Positions 38,790 through 51,666 of a stretch of DNA of 64,000 nucleotides are shown here, one piece after another. The DNA is from Paraspadella gotoi (Eukaryota; Animalia; Chaetognatha), in assembly GCA_051294375.1 (NCBI GenBank), contig JBJCIZ010000810.1, forward strand, positions 1 through 64,000, given 5' to 3'. The translations under genes and the position numbers were made by a program. The stretch's first letter is position 1. Each line of letters begins with the position of its first letter. Under the pieces are notes generated by a model. That model had not been told where the DNA came from, made no database searches, and saw only the letters and a list, made by a program, of their open reading frames with translations.

Positions 38790-41700
38790 TTAATGATTGA
38801 AATATCTTAAATCGAATAACGTCTAACCTGTTATTGTCTATGTATGTTATTTCATTGCTAATCTTTAACTTTGTTTTGTCAGTTAGGTCTTAGGCTTTTT
38901 TTTTGGATTGCTCATGTACTGATACTGAATCAACCTTGTTGGGAATTCACGAAATCGAAATACACAACGGCATATACTTAGACCTAAACTTGTTTAAGCC
39001 TGCTGCGCTGTTAATACGTATTATAAAAATAGTCTAATTAATTGACATTGGTTCAATAATTATTTTGAAAAGTTATTTCGTCTGACGTTAAATGAACATA
39101 TTTTGAGCCTTCTGTCTTTAAAAATTAAGTTCAGGGTTAAATACTTGATTCTAACTCAATTAGGATACGGATAAGCTTTACTACTTATTGCCCATTCAAT
39201 ATTTAGTCGTACTTACTAGTATAAAATGTAAAGTCTATAAGATTTATTGATTACTAAAACAAGAATGTAATTTTTTTTCATAAAAAATAGATAAAAAGAG
39301 GCCAGTAAATATCATAATTTTGTTTCCACCTAGTCAGTAGAGGGGCATGCTATTTAGGTTCACCTTCAGTTTCGTGACCCGGTGGATGATTAAGTAATTC
39401 ATCAGGCACCTGACTATTATGGTACCGGGATCAACCTTAACAGGTACCTACATCGGCGGGAAGGCGTGAGGACAGCCGAAACCGCCTTTGGGGCCTGGGA
39501 TTAACCCTCAAGCCTGCGTCCGGAAGCTAGACTCGTTCCTTTGCTGCTGAGGAGGGTCCACAGAGATGCGGTATAGTCTTTCTGCCACTTAGTGGTCTTA
39601 TCCCACAGGATGGCCGAAAATTATAAAACGGTGAAATATGAAGCCATGAACCAGTCGAACTTTTAGAAAAGAAACCGCTTAAAAAGTGAAATTGAAAATT
39701 AGTGAAACATCAGAAAAAAATCCCGTGATATACTAAAACACAACACGGGTTGAAAACCTGTGTATGTGTAAATGTGCAACTCTTTAACAGTGCTCTTTTA
39801 AAAAAATATTAAATAGTAAAACGTGGGTCAACTTGAAAGTATGATATGCTTACTTTATGTTTGAACTGGGAGAAACCTGACAATAAAGCCACCGCATCCT
39901 CATCTAAATAACACTCAAACGCTCTGAAAGAGTAACGTTTTTTGGCGCCATGGTTGATGACGGAAGCACGGGTTGAGAAAGCGCTGAAAAGGGTGGGAAA
40001 AATTAAGGTCCTAAAATTAAAAAATCACAGTAAAGAAAATTATTATTTAAGCATATAGATTCCTTAATCCATATTAGTCAATTTTCACATTTAAATACTA
40101 TATACTATATAAGAAAAGCTATACCAGATCAAAAAACTTGATAATATAATGAATATGCGCACAAATATGGACCATTATATAGCATACTTAAATTTAAAAA
40201 ATTGATCCAAGAAAACTCCAGTAGTTATTACATAAAGACTAAGTAATTGGTAAATAAATTTGGTCATGTATTTTTTTTTAATATTAAATTAGATATTTCA
40301 TAATATTCATCTAATATTTTTATAATATTTATTAAATAATATTTTTTATTGTTTCCTTAGATAAAGGATAGTAAAAGACGACCTTTTTTAATAATGCACT
40401 TATTTTATACAAATTAAAATTTAAATAATTCATATCAATTTAAAATATTTTTTTTACGTAAATTTGTTCCAAAAAATTTTGAAAAATAAAATGTAAAAAT
40501 TAAAAAAAGTGAAAAACTGGTACTAATTTAAATTGAATGTTTTGCACAGAAAAATTAATAAAAATTACATTCGAAATATAGTATCATAAATGGTAAGAAC
40601 TTATCTTTGACATTGTTATCTCGGAAATAAAATTTAACGACACAGTTCCGCACGATATGTACAAGTTAACAGACATTGAGACACATTGTATTTAGTATTT
40701 ACCTTTGATCCTCCTTCGTCGCATTCTAATAAGATTGAAGCAGCGTTGGCGTGGAAGTTTTCTCGGCAATCACGTAAATTCGTGTGCTCAAGCCGCCAAA
40801 TCATGCCTTTGAAGAATCTCTGGACTACCGAAGCATCTCGCCGGGGTTGAGGAGTTTCCTCAAATATTCTTCGAATATTCTCGGGGGCGTTTTAGGAGGA
40901 GGACGGACCGGCGGGTCCTAACAAAAACTGTCTGGCACTTGGTGGACGCGTATTAAAATTCATAATATAAAGAACCCCCTCCTCGACCGAGCTGAAAGGA
41001 AGAAGACGTTGGGAGAGAAATCTTGCTGAAGACCGGGACCGCAGGCGCCCTAAAGTTTATAAGTTTCTTATCCACGTGGTCGTGGAGGCTTGATATTTAA
41101 TGGGTAGCTTAATAAAATATCATTCTAATCCTAGTATAAAAAGAAACGTTATCATCATATTGACGTGACAAATATAGTGGTAAAATTTTACTTTCGCCGA
41201 GCAGAGTTTTGGCGTCGGCGAAAGTAAAATTATGCAATATGGTTCATGATGTACGCCATTGGTAGAACAAATATTAAATTTTTTTTTTTAAATAGAAAAA
41301 AATCTTATTTTTTGGACAAGAACTTGAAACTGATATACGAAATTGAAACATATAGAATATAAAATTATTGATCCAAATTTCAATATTTGACTCTCAACCG
41401 AGATATGCTCCCCGGCGGTGATTCACAAAGGTTCGTGCATTGGACAGACCGTCGTGTCTTAACAAATATTTTTAAAAATTAATTTTTTTAAAACAAATTT
41501 GTAAACGCTTATTCTTCGTGAAAAGCGTTTTTAATACTAAAAATAAAAGATAAACAATATTAATTAACCTTACAGCCGGCGGAGAAAAAAAAATAAATTT
41601 TTTTCTAACTCGATGGCCTGGCTTGGAACAGTATTCTAGAATTCAAATAAAGAACGATGTATTATTTGGTATATGAGACTCCTTCACTAAAAAGCTTTTA

Positions 41701-42049
41701 AATCAGGGGGGCGTGGGAAGCATGGGGGAAAAATTCGATTTATTTTAAAAATTTAACTTAATAAAAGCAATTTCTAATTTGAAGAAAAAAATATTAAAAA
41801 AAAAAAACGGTGGGTGAAGGTGATTGTGGGAAATAATTTCCGATGGTTGACTGTTTACTAAGATATTGATTTTGAGACTACTGAAAAACACGAGTAAGTC
41901 GGTTTTAAAACGGAGGACCTGGATCCGCTCATTTAGATGATTAGCGTTGAAGAATAAAAATGCGATAAAATACGATTAAAATCGAAGGCGACGAAGAGCG
42001 AATAAAAATAGTCGCATTTTCTGTGAACGAGCTGCAATAAAAATAAATA

Positions 42050-42850
42050 TAATTTCAAGATGAAAACGTCGGAAAATACGCCTTTGTTCCTGTGCAGATT
42101 TTGAAAGCTTCAGATCGCTGGACTATTCCATTATGTAAAATAATTAATGCCCGCTAAGTTACGTTCGTCTTCAGGGTTGCAAATTTAAAGCCTCCTCTTA
42201 GAAAGTTGTTTTAGGACTTTTTAATGCTGATAATTTTAACAAGTGAAATAGGCCTTAGCCGCTGGCCAAGGGACACTAAACTAATTTATATGTTTTGTGA
42301 TAGTTTACTTTTGACCACAGCACTTAGACGAGGGACAGCTAAACTTGACAGTAAATTTCTTAAATGTAGTATTATGTTTTACTGGCCTTTGTTTCATGAT
42401 CCAAGACTTTACCAATTTTCTTTGTTCCCGCAAAGGAAAGATACCTAGGACGCTAGATGGTTCAGATACGTTAATATCACACTTTTTAATGTTTATTTGT
42501 TGGGATCAGTGCAAATATTGTAAAAGTATAGCAACTCGATCACGGGACATTTTTGGAGTAGAGGCACCGGTTTTTAAAGTGCTCGCTAATATTGTAGTAC
42601 CACGGGAACCATTTATTCATAGTCTTTTTTGCGAGTTGAGAAATGAGTCAACGATTGTCTGCTTAGAGTAGGGAAACTTAGTAATATAATTTTTAAAAAT
42701 ATTCGCCTTGAGTAATCAATAAAGATGAGGAGCTGGTACGAGTAAATGGACGAAAAAAAGAAGGAATTTACAAGGAAAAAACGCTCGCGGGAGTTAATTC
42801 GTTTTAAATGGGCCTTTTGAATACTATTAAACGGTATTATGAGTGGATTT
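42050..42850 (-). mobile_element. Degraded repeat, probably a Penelope-like linker/GIY-YIG region
   Basis: Inverted homologous copies at about 45070-45450 and about 48500-48770. Minus-strand fragments VPWYYNISE, C-containing linker, RPVKH and HRNKGV fit a PLE endonuclease pattern only loosely. Confidence 0.4.
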
Positions 42851-44782
42851 AATGTTGTTCCAGCAATTTTAGGATAACTGAAAAAGCTGTGCCACGTATC
42901 GAAAATGACCATTCGCTATTTTGCAAGTATTTAAAGCCGTCTACTTGGTTGCCAGAACTTTCGTCATGAATCAAAAATAAAGCCGGAAAAATTTCGCATG
43001 CTCTTCGAAGATGTTTTTTTTCTTCGCGAAGCGCATATCTACCACTTCGTTCTGTACAATACACTATAATCTTAAAACACTTCTAAATCTTCTTTAATGA
43101 AAACTTCATTCGTAATATGCTGTTAGCCAAAAGTACTAAGAAAACAAATAAATTTCCTCATCCAGAGTCACGTCTTCCTGTTTTCCCGTACCGCACTTGA
43201 CACGTGACGATGTTGACGGGTTCCCGCTGGGAAAAACTCGAGATAGATGGAAAAGATAGCTAAATCGTGCGGCTTGTTTTCCTCCTTAATTTTCCGATAA
43301 GTAAATTTTGACGCTTTTAGCATGCTGAGACTGAGGGGCTTTTTAACGCAGATGAAGAAGAGTAGAAAATTATAATTTAATTGTTAATCTAATTTGGTGT
43401 TGTATTATGAAGCTCGGGTGACAACCGAGTATCGCTTTCGTCCTAGTAGTCTTTTTTGTCGTCCGAGTTCTAATGGCTGATTAGGTAGGGTTGACGAGTA
43501 ACCGTTAATTTAGAAAAATTTCAGGCTTACCGTTTTAAAACTAATATTCTTAACGGTTAACCTCGTTAAAATCGGTTTAATTTTAATCAATTTAACTTTA
43601 AATTTAAAATATTATTATTAAATCAAACTAAAGTATTTAATGTATTTTATCTTAACCTTGCTCTTGAAGTCTTTTATCTTCTATGTGCAATAATACATGA
43701 TTTTAGTTAGTAAATTTAAAAGATTATTACGAAACTAGTTTGAATCTACTATGATAATTTAGCTAATCAGATGAATGGCATCGTGATCAAAGTGCTTACT
43801 TACAAAACTTTTTCTCTTTACCTCATAGCATAATAAAAATATAAGAATAAAGTGACAAAGATAGAGGAAAAACCACAATGTAATTGCTAATTCTTATGTT
43901 TTGTCTTTCTTGCTCTCTCGTTTCTCTTTTCTTTCGTTATATCTTTGCGATTGATTTTTCTTGATGTTTTAGTTTCTTGAACGGCTGGTTTTTTGTTTTT
44001 TATTTTTGTTCATAAGCCCATAAGGAGGGAATAAGAGAGGACAACGAATAATAATTACTTGTTCTTTTTAAGAAAAATTTCAAAGATTTGCTGATACCAG
44101 AAGGTAAAAAAAAATGCGATATTGAAAAATAAGCCGAATTATGTAAGCGCTAAAATAGAATATAGTTAACGGTAGGGTTAAAATTATTTTTAACCGTTAA
44201 TAAACCGTCTCTAACTCGATTAAACGGTTATCGTAACCCTAGGTATTAGTACTATGAGTGACAAAACGTGGCCTATCACCAGCCGCCTCCTTTTTTCATA
44301 ACATTTTTACACGAGTGCTTAGTGTGGAACGTAAGAAATGTAAGTCGCATTTTGTGGCAATGTGGATAGGTTATTTTAAGGTATAGTTCTCACTTTTTTA
44401 AGGAATATGTTCTTTTCTCGCTCACACTTCCGGCTATAAAATTACAATTCTTCTGTGGACTTATGTGTTATGTAATCTTTGTGAGAACTGTGTTTTTTTA
44501 ATTACATGATAATGGTAGAATATAGAGATATTTGATTACAACTTCATTCGCTATTGCTTGCGTTAATAGATAGGTGAAAAGTGTATTAATAGATAATATA
44601 GAGAAATACGCTAGAATCTGGAAAAAAGACAATAATCTCTTACCTTATTTNNNNNNNNNNNNNNNNNNNNNNNNNNNNNNNNNNNNNNNNNNNNNNNNNN
44701 NNNNNNNNNNNNNNNNNNNNNNNNNNNNNNNNNNNNNNNNNNNNNNNNNNTATCACGTTCTAAATATTTGTTTGCGGTCTAT

Positions 44783-44880
44783 CTCTGTCTGTCTTTCTCT
44801 CTGTCTCTCTCTCTGTCTCTCTGTGTGTGTCTCTCTCTTTGTCTCTCTCTGTCTCTCTCTGTGTGTCTGTCTCTCTCTGT
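44783..44880. repeat. (CT)/(GT) compound microsatellite next to an assembly gap
   Basis: Directly visible. Confidence 0.9.
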
Positions 44881-45848
44881 ATAGATATGTCGCTTCGCGA
44901 AGAAAAAAAATTCGAGCGATCGAAATTTTTTCCGGCTTTTTTTGGTTCATGACGAAAGTTGCACCAGTAGCGCTTTAAATACTTGCAAAATACGAATAGT
45001 TTTCGATAGTGCAAGCTTTTTAGTATCTAAAATTGCCGGAACAACATAAATCCATAAATAGTATAATAGTATTCAAAGCCATTTAAAACGATTACTCCGC
45101 GAGCGGTTTTCCTTTAAATTCTTTTTTTTTCGTATTTTACTGTAAATACTAAGGAATATTATTAAATTTATTACAAGTTTCCTACTCTAAGACAATCGTT
45201 GAACTCTTTTCTAATGCAAAAAAGACTATAAATAATGGTCCTGGTACAATATTGAGCATTTCAAAACCGGTCCTCTACTCGAAAATGTCCTTAATTGCTA
45301 TATTTTACAATATTTGCACCTGACGCCAACAAATAAATTAAAAAGTTTTATTAGTATTTGATCCTCTAACATCCTAGGTATCTTCCTTTGCGGGAACAAA
45401 GAAAATCGGTAAAGGTCTTGATATGAAACAAAGCCAGTAAAACATAATACTGAATCTAGATTCAGATTTTCAAAAAACTTTAAAATATGATCAGAACCAT
45501 ATTTAATGGAAATTAGATACACAACCGGTCGGTCAATTATGCTCAAAAGGTTAGTAATAAAAATCGAGTGACTCGAATATGCAAATGAGATTAATGCGTC
45601 ATAGTAAGGTTGAATATAAGGCAAAAGAGAGCATAAACAAATTAATAATAACTATTTTTTAAAAAACAATTAAGAAATATGTTTTAATTTGTTTTGATAG
45701 TTGTTTATGTGAATTCTGTATGATAAAAATATTTGAAAAAGCTAATTTATCTAATAACATTAACATAGCTATCAAATTTTTTCCAATTTTTATTTTTATT
45801 CATTTTCATTATCAAATTGGTACAACAACTATTTCTTTTTAATTTGAG

Positions 45849-45964
45849 GAGAGTTTGAAATGGATTCAATAACGATTTATTTGAAACAATAATAATAACG
45901 GACATGTTTCGCCTCTTTTTCAAGCGCTGATGAATCGTTGTTGAATCCATTTCAAACTCTTCTC
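45849..45964. repeat. Palindromic junction of two partial Penelope-type pLTRs with hammerhead remnants
   Basis: Inverted arms gagagtttgaaatggattcaataacgatt and aatcgttgttgaatccatttcaaactc. Minus strand carries GCGAAACATGTCCGTT; plus strand carries CTGATGA at 45927-33. Confidence 0.55.
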
Positions 45965-46851
45965 TAAATCTCAACCACAACGAAATGAAAGGATTATAAT
46001 GTCTAAGAAAATATTTTTAAAAATATAGCTCTTTTAATAAGCTATCGATTGGTGCAAGAAAATTATATTATTACATATTATAAACATTTTTAATAGGGAA
46101 AAGTCATTGATTCTTTTTGACAAAAACTAATTTCTTCTTTTTCTATTTTTGTACCAATCGACTTTGTCGTCCTATAACTTTCGAACGCTTTACTCGATTT
46201 TATTGGGACTCAGACCAATTCATTTATCGTTCAGTAAGCTTTATTTTATATTTCTATACCTTTGTAAAATTCAGCCATCAAATACGGTTTTTTTCTATGT
46301 GAAAAAGTAGATTTTTTTTCGCCGTAGTGTACAAGATAATGACAGAGCAGAGAGAAAGATACATATTGAGCCAAAAGTAAAATTGCTGGATATAAGCTTT
46401 ATAATAATTAAAAGTTGGAATTTGATAAAACTGACCCTTACCCATGACAAATGAAAGATTTACCCTCGCTTTTTTAATAACCTCTAAGTGGCTCCAAAAT
46501 TAAAATTCTTAAATAATACTAATTTTTTTTACTCTCATTGAAAGATTTTGTAACCTTGCGTCAGACCAGTCTTTTCTTTCTCGTAGCCTTCTTTTAGCCA
46601 AAAACCTCTTCACTTGTCACTCGATCATAATCGTTTCAAGGGAAAAGATCGGCCATCTGGAACTGTAGTTTTTACGAAATCCAAGGATTTTCTTTACAAA
46701 TTTATTGTACGACACTTATTTCCCCATTTATTTACTTCTACAAGAATAAACTTATTCACGATTTATTTGTCATTTATATCTCTTTGAGATTTAGAAAACC
46801 TTGCTCCCTGTTACAGCCAGTTCAACCGACGGCCGACGCCTCGAACGCGTG

Positions 46852-47379
46852 ACCCTCGTGTACTCGCCGTTCAACAAAAAAAAAATTTTAAATTCCTCTT
46901 CTCGAAATTCCTCGTTTGATTCTTTAAAAAAATAGAATAAGACGCAGAGACAGATCACGCTTAAGTTGCTTCCCACGCTACTTATAATCATTTTTACTTG
47001 ATTTGATTCATAATCTTTTAGCTATAGTTGTTGTTTGGTACTCGGAGACCTAAGGTACTGTCTCCATGAGTGTCCAAGCGTGATCTGTCTCTGCGTCATA
47101 AAAAACAAAAACCTTTTTTCGCGAAAATGCCGCGAAGTCGATGGCAAAGTCGATGGCAAAGTCGATGGCAAAGTCGATGGCAAAATCGCTGGCAAAGTCG
47201 CCGTCGAAGTCGCCAACGAAGTCACCGGCGAATTGGGCGCATTTCGGCGGCGTGGAGATTTTCCATTTTTTGTATCCAAATCTCCGGCGTTGTATGAGGC
47301 TGGACAGAGCTCCTGTCGCAGGACACTCAGCGAAGAACAATTTAAATTTTTTTTGTTGAACGGCGAGTCTACGAGACGG
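46852..47379. mobile_element. MITE with internal 12-bp tandem repeat
   Basis: Inverted repeat actcgccgttcaacaaaaaaaa..tttaaatt at both ends, an inner inverted repeat gacgcagagacagatcacgctt, and (gtcgatggcaaa)x4 from 47137. Confidence 0.7.
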
Positions 47380-47566
47380 TTTACATAGTTTTTACTCTGT
47401 TACTCTGAAGTTAATTGAAGAGAGCGCTGGAAAGGAAAGCATCTGAAGAATCCTTGCGATTAAATTATTTTAATATTATTCAACATCGTTATTTCCTTTC
47501 GTTTCGTTGTGTTTGGATGATAGAAAGCGTTTTTAGATTGATCAAACAACGATTTTATTAGTATGA

Positions 47567-47611
47567 GACGGACATGTTTCGGCTTTAGTTGTACAAGCCT
47601 TCATCGGCGTC
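47567..47611 (-). ncRNA. Minimal type I hammerhead ribozyme (Penelope-type), U4C variant
   Basis: Minus strand reads GACG CCGAUGA A GGCUU-guacaacua-AAGCC GAA ACAUGU C|CGUC: stem I GACG/CGUC, stem II GGCUU/AAGCC, palindromic stem III ACAUGU, with AAUAAA downstream. Confidence 0.75.
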
Positions 47612-47853
47612 AGAGATATTTGTGAACTTTTACATTCTGTTATTTATCAGTAGTTAATTGTTGAAATATTTATTTCACCTTTAGTTTAAACAATTTATCT
47701 TTGTTGAACATTACAAAAATGTATTGTTTTTCAAATATTCTCTCTCTCTCTCTCTCTCTCTCTTTCTGTCAATTTTTCACCATTTAGTTTCTTTTCACAA
47801 TCTAGCTCATTCTGTCCTCACCTTAACTTGTCCTCACATCTGACCACTATTCT

Positions 47854-47890
<37 letters not shown>

Positions 47891-47932
47891 TTTCCTTTGC
47901 ACAAACTTTTTTGAAAATTCACAAATATCTCT

Positions 47933-47977
47933 GACGCCGATGAAGGCTTGTACAACTAAAGCTGAAACATGTCCGTC
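47933..47977 (+). ncRNA. Second hammerhead copy, inverted relative to the first
   Basis: gacg ccgatga a ggctt gtacaacta aagct gaa acatgt c cgtc; part of about 110-bp inverted arms at 47518-47630 and 47917-48027. Confidence 0.72.
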
Positions 47978-49992
47978 TCATACTAATAAAATCGTTGTTT
48001 GAACAATCTAAAAACGCTTTCTATCAATATTATTCAAGTAAACAGTACCAAAATGGTTTTGAGCAAAACAAAAAACTGATTGAACTGAATCTCTCTGTCT
48101 CAATGACTTTTTATCATTGCTTCACTGTCTTACTATCTTTAAGGATTAAGTTACAAGAAACAATCATTGCAATAGTATTTTCATGTGCTTTTTATTGCTT
48201 AATATTATTTTTTTATCCTATCTGCTGATCAAACTATACATACTAGCGTTTTAATTTGATTTTATAACATTTATTTAAATTTTTATATTAGATTAATATG
48301 TTTTTATTAAATTAAAATTTTACTGTGAAACGTTAATCCCATTTGCATAATGGAGTAACCCGATTTTTATTACGAACCTTTTGGCTTTGTAGACAAAAAA
48401 TCGTTCTATCTCAAATCTCTTATTTTGGTACCAAGGTAATATTCCCAAGGTTTTGTAAAGATATTCCAACCCGTCCCATAGGAAGCTTGCCAGACTAACT
48501 ACATTTAAGAATTTATGTCAAGTTTCACTGTCCCTCGTCTAGCTCTGGTACTAAAAAGAGAACTTGTCACAATACATATATTTAGTTTAGTGTCTTGCCA
48601 AGCGGCTAAAAAGTCCTAAACCAACTTTTAGAGGAGGCTTTAATTTGCACCTGAAGACGACGTTAACTTACCATTTTTATTTTACATATGGATAGTCCAC
48701 GATCTGAGCTTTACAAATCTGCCGGAACAAAGGCGTAGTTTTCACGTTTTCATCTTGAAATTATTTTAGAGATATATGTTTACACCTTCTAGCCATCAGT
48801 GATAAGGATAAGCGAAGCGAACTTGAGTGTTTTAATCGGAATCCTGTGATTAAATCTGTTTTTAATCTGAATCTTGTGATTAAATCGACGGAGATACTTG
48901 AGAATAAAGATTTCGATTGTTTGTATTACTGTTTTTTGCTGAACTAGTAGAGATGCTCAATAATAGATAACTATGAGGAAATAAAAGTTGGCGATTGGTA
49001 AACAAACAGTCTCTAACCGAGTCTCGCCGATTGTCGACTTTAGAATGGCTTCTGGAAGAGGAGGGGAAGAAGAAGAAGGCAGGTTCAGTCCCTTGTTGAT
49101 AGACCTCACGGAGGAGGATGAAGATGATACTCACCCCCCCATCCTCCCCCTCTCCTCCTTCACCCCCTCCTCCCACCTCATGGATAGAAAATGGGGGAGA
49201 GGAGGGGAGGAGGAGAGGGGTGGAGGAGTTGGGGGGTGGATGGATGGAAAATGGGGGTTACTCATCCTCGGAAATCGAGTTAAGAGAAGTCGGGGGGGCC
49301 TTTCTCGATTCTCCGAGGCTTCCCGAGTCAACTCGGAAGACCTCCTTAGTGTCGTTGTCGTTGTCGGTCTCGTCGTCGTCGTTTGTCTCGGCGTCGTCGT
49401 CGTCGTCCGTCTCGGCGTCGTTGTCGTCGCCGTGAGGGATAAGTGTCGAGATCTGATAAGAGAGAGAGAAGAGAGAAAAAAAAATTCGAGGCGAAAAAAA
49501 AACATTCAAGGCGAAAAAAAACCATTCGAGGCGAAAAAAAATAAACTTACAACAAGAGACGAAAGCGTTCCATGGCGGCGCGCGTAAAGCGCCAGCATTG
49601 GTCGCGGACGAACGCTGTCAGAAACAAGAGAGAAAGAGACGACTAGTTAGTGTTTCCGTTGCCATGACCCAATTCTTCTTGAAAAGCTTACTTTCTGTTT
49701 TTCCTTCTGTTTACGCAATTCTGGAAGAGAGAGAGAAAGAAAGGAATTAGTATAAATGTTAATATTTTTTGTGTTATCCCAATATACACTGTAAATACAC
49801 TAACATTACACTGTTCCGATTCCCCTAAAACGGGGCCTTCTTGAAGTTTGAGGTTGTTGCTATTGGTCAATTTGACCAAAAAAAAAAAACTATAAAAAGT
49901 TTCTTTTTTTTTTAATTCTAAAAATTAAAAAAACGCCAATAAGTATAAATATCAGAAAAAAAATCCAAAAAAATATTAATTCTATGTCTATC

Positions 49993-50565
49993 ATGGATTT
50001 ATCCCAAAAACCATCACACTGTTTAAACAACGTTTCAAGATTCCCACATATGTATTTTTTTTAGTGGAAAAACGACTTTAATTCTACGGCTTTTGCGCAA
50101 CATATCAAGCGTCTGTTCTACCCCAGTTAACAAAATAACATATTTTTATGAACGGTTCAATCCAGAATTCGACAAGGCTAAAGAGGAAATTCCAAATATT
50201 GAATTTCGTCAAGGGGCGGATGAATCCTACTTCTCCGATAATGTAGAAGATGAAATACCCACCGATGGTCAAGAGGGGTTACCTCATAATATCATCGTAT
50301 TAGATGACAATCTGAAATCGTATTCAAAAAATTGGTTGATGATAGCCTTTTCGGTGATGATTCATCATAAAAAAAGTCTATCATAGCCGTCTCTCACAAG
50401 ATTTTTTCACAGACAAATAAAGAATTACGTTTTATCCAAGGTCAGTGCTCATATTTAATCTTATGTAATTTGAGGAGGGATCGCTCATCTCTCATTCACC
50501 TCGGCAGACAATTGGAGCCAAGATGTCCCTTAAGTTTACTGGAAATATTTGATGACATTAATTAA
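49993..50565 (+). pseudogene. A32/FtsK-like DNA packaging ATPase (Polinton ATP), disrupted
   Basis: RFKIPTYVFF..SGKTTLILRLL (Walker A partly deleted; SGKT at 50063-74), IIVLDD (Walker B), MIHH, then after a frameshift LRFIQGQCSYLILCNLRRDRSSLIHLGRQ. Confidence 0.88.
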
Positions 50566-50605
50566 TATTCACAATTTATTTCACTCAAGTTTATTTTGTT
50601 AAAAA

Positions 50606-50944
50606 ATGAATTCTTCCCTAGCCGTGAAAAGATTCAAAGAAAATCTTCCGTTCTTGAATCAAATCAAAAAATTAACCGCTTCTCAACAAAGAAAAGATTT
50701 TCTTCTCACCCTCAGCGACATTTGTTTAAACATATTAAAAGAAAACATAAAATTAAAACTGTCACAAATAGAAAAACTAAGAAAGTTTAAACACATTTTA
50801 CACGGATTATCTTTAAAGAGAACCTCTTTGAAGCAAAGAAAGAAATTCGTTCAGAAAGGTGGGTTTCTCTCAACTGTTCTTTCCTTTTTACCATTGGCTG
50901 CTATGTTAATTAACCAAATAGTTCAATCTACCAAAAAAAAGTAA
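50606..50944 (+). CDS. Small basic Polinton conserved protein ending in QKGG plus an amphipathic helix
   Basis: ICLNILKENIKL..Q.EKLRKFKH.L..L..K.SLK.RKK..QKGGFL..L is the pattern of the small ORF that follows the ATPase in many animal Polintons. Confidence 0.8.
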   Translation: MNSSLAVKRFKENLPFLNQIKKLTASQQRKDFLLTLSDICLNILKENIKLKLSQIEKLRKFKHILHGLSLKRTSLKQRKKFVQKGGFLSTVLSFLPLAAMLINQIVQSTKKK

Positions 50945-50949
50945 TAATA

Positions 50950-51666
50950 ATGACTCAAAGAAAACAACCCTTAAGATTCAGCGAAAAGATGTTTCTTATT
51001 TCAGAAAGAGATCTTAATAATTATGGATTGGATAAAAATAAACAGGAGATTAAAAAAAAATATTTACCTGATGATATAAAAGTTCGCACATTGAACGACG
51101 AGTTTATTCGTTCCAAGGCCCACGAAGAAGTTTTAGAAGCCCAGAATTTGGCCCATCTGCAATCAAAGGTACAACCAATTTTACAATCTTTGTCATCTTT
51201 CGGTTCTCCCGATTTAAATTCACAGCTGACAAACTCGTTACAATTCATCCCTAATGTAAAGATCGAAAACAATCAGGTTTTTCTCGATGATAACTCGCTG
51301 GGGACTTTGTCAGATATCTTATCTGATTTAAAAGCAAACAATATTTCTAACAACCCTTTTAAAATTCAATCTCGTTTGTACAAATTGATCGAAAACAATT
51401 TAGCAAAGGAAAAAGAACAAAAAAAGAGAAAACGAATCAAACTTACCGACGATAATGAAGATGACGACGAATTAGAAAAGGAGATTGTTGCGCAGGTAGG
51501 TCGCCCTAGAGGCCGACCACCCAAGAAAAAGGTTTCTCCCGGTAAGGCCAAAGTTCCCGTGAGGTCTACGACAAGGACAAGGCCCTCCACTCGTTCTTCT
51601 TCTAATAAAGTTGCAAGCAATCCGCCCCTGCGAGATGTCGGCGGCGTCAAATGGTTCGGAGTCTGA
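50950..51666 (+). CDS. Polinton uncharacterised protein, 238 aa
   Basis: Intact ORF between the QKGG protein and the integrase. N-terminal KMFLI motif, AT-hook-like GRPRGRPPK, basic tail ending KWFGV that overlaps the probable integrase ATG at 51651. Confidence 0.7.
   Translation: MTQRKQPLRFSEKMFLISERDLNNYGLDKNKQEIKKKYLPDDIKVRTLNDEFIRSKAHEEVLEAQNLAHLQSKVQPILQSLSSFGSPDLNSQLTNSLQFIPNVKIENNQVFLDDNSLGTLSDILSDLKANNISNNPFKIQSRLYKLIENNLAKEKEQKKRKRIKLTDDNEDDDELEKEIVAQVGRPRGRPPKKKVSPGKAKVPVRSTTRTRPSTRSSSNKVASNPPLRDVGGVKWFGV

Noticed and set aside
38037-38810. 257-aa ORF (and the ORFs at 44574-45014)
   Set aside because: Artefacts of N-runs and microsatellites.
50052-50064. Intron acceptor (ttttttag) just before the ATPase GKT
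   Set aside because: The upstream bases read as RFKIPTYVFF, the expected pre-Walker A strand, so a small deletion is more parsimonious; no convincing donor.
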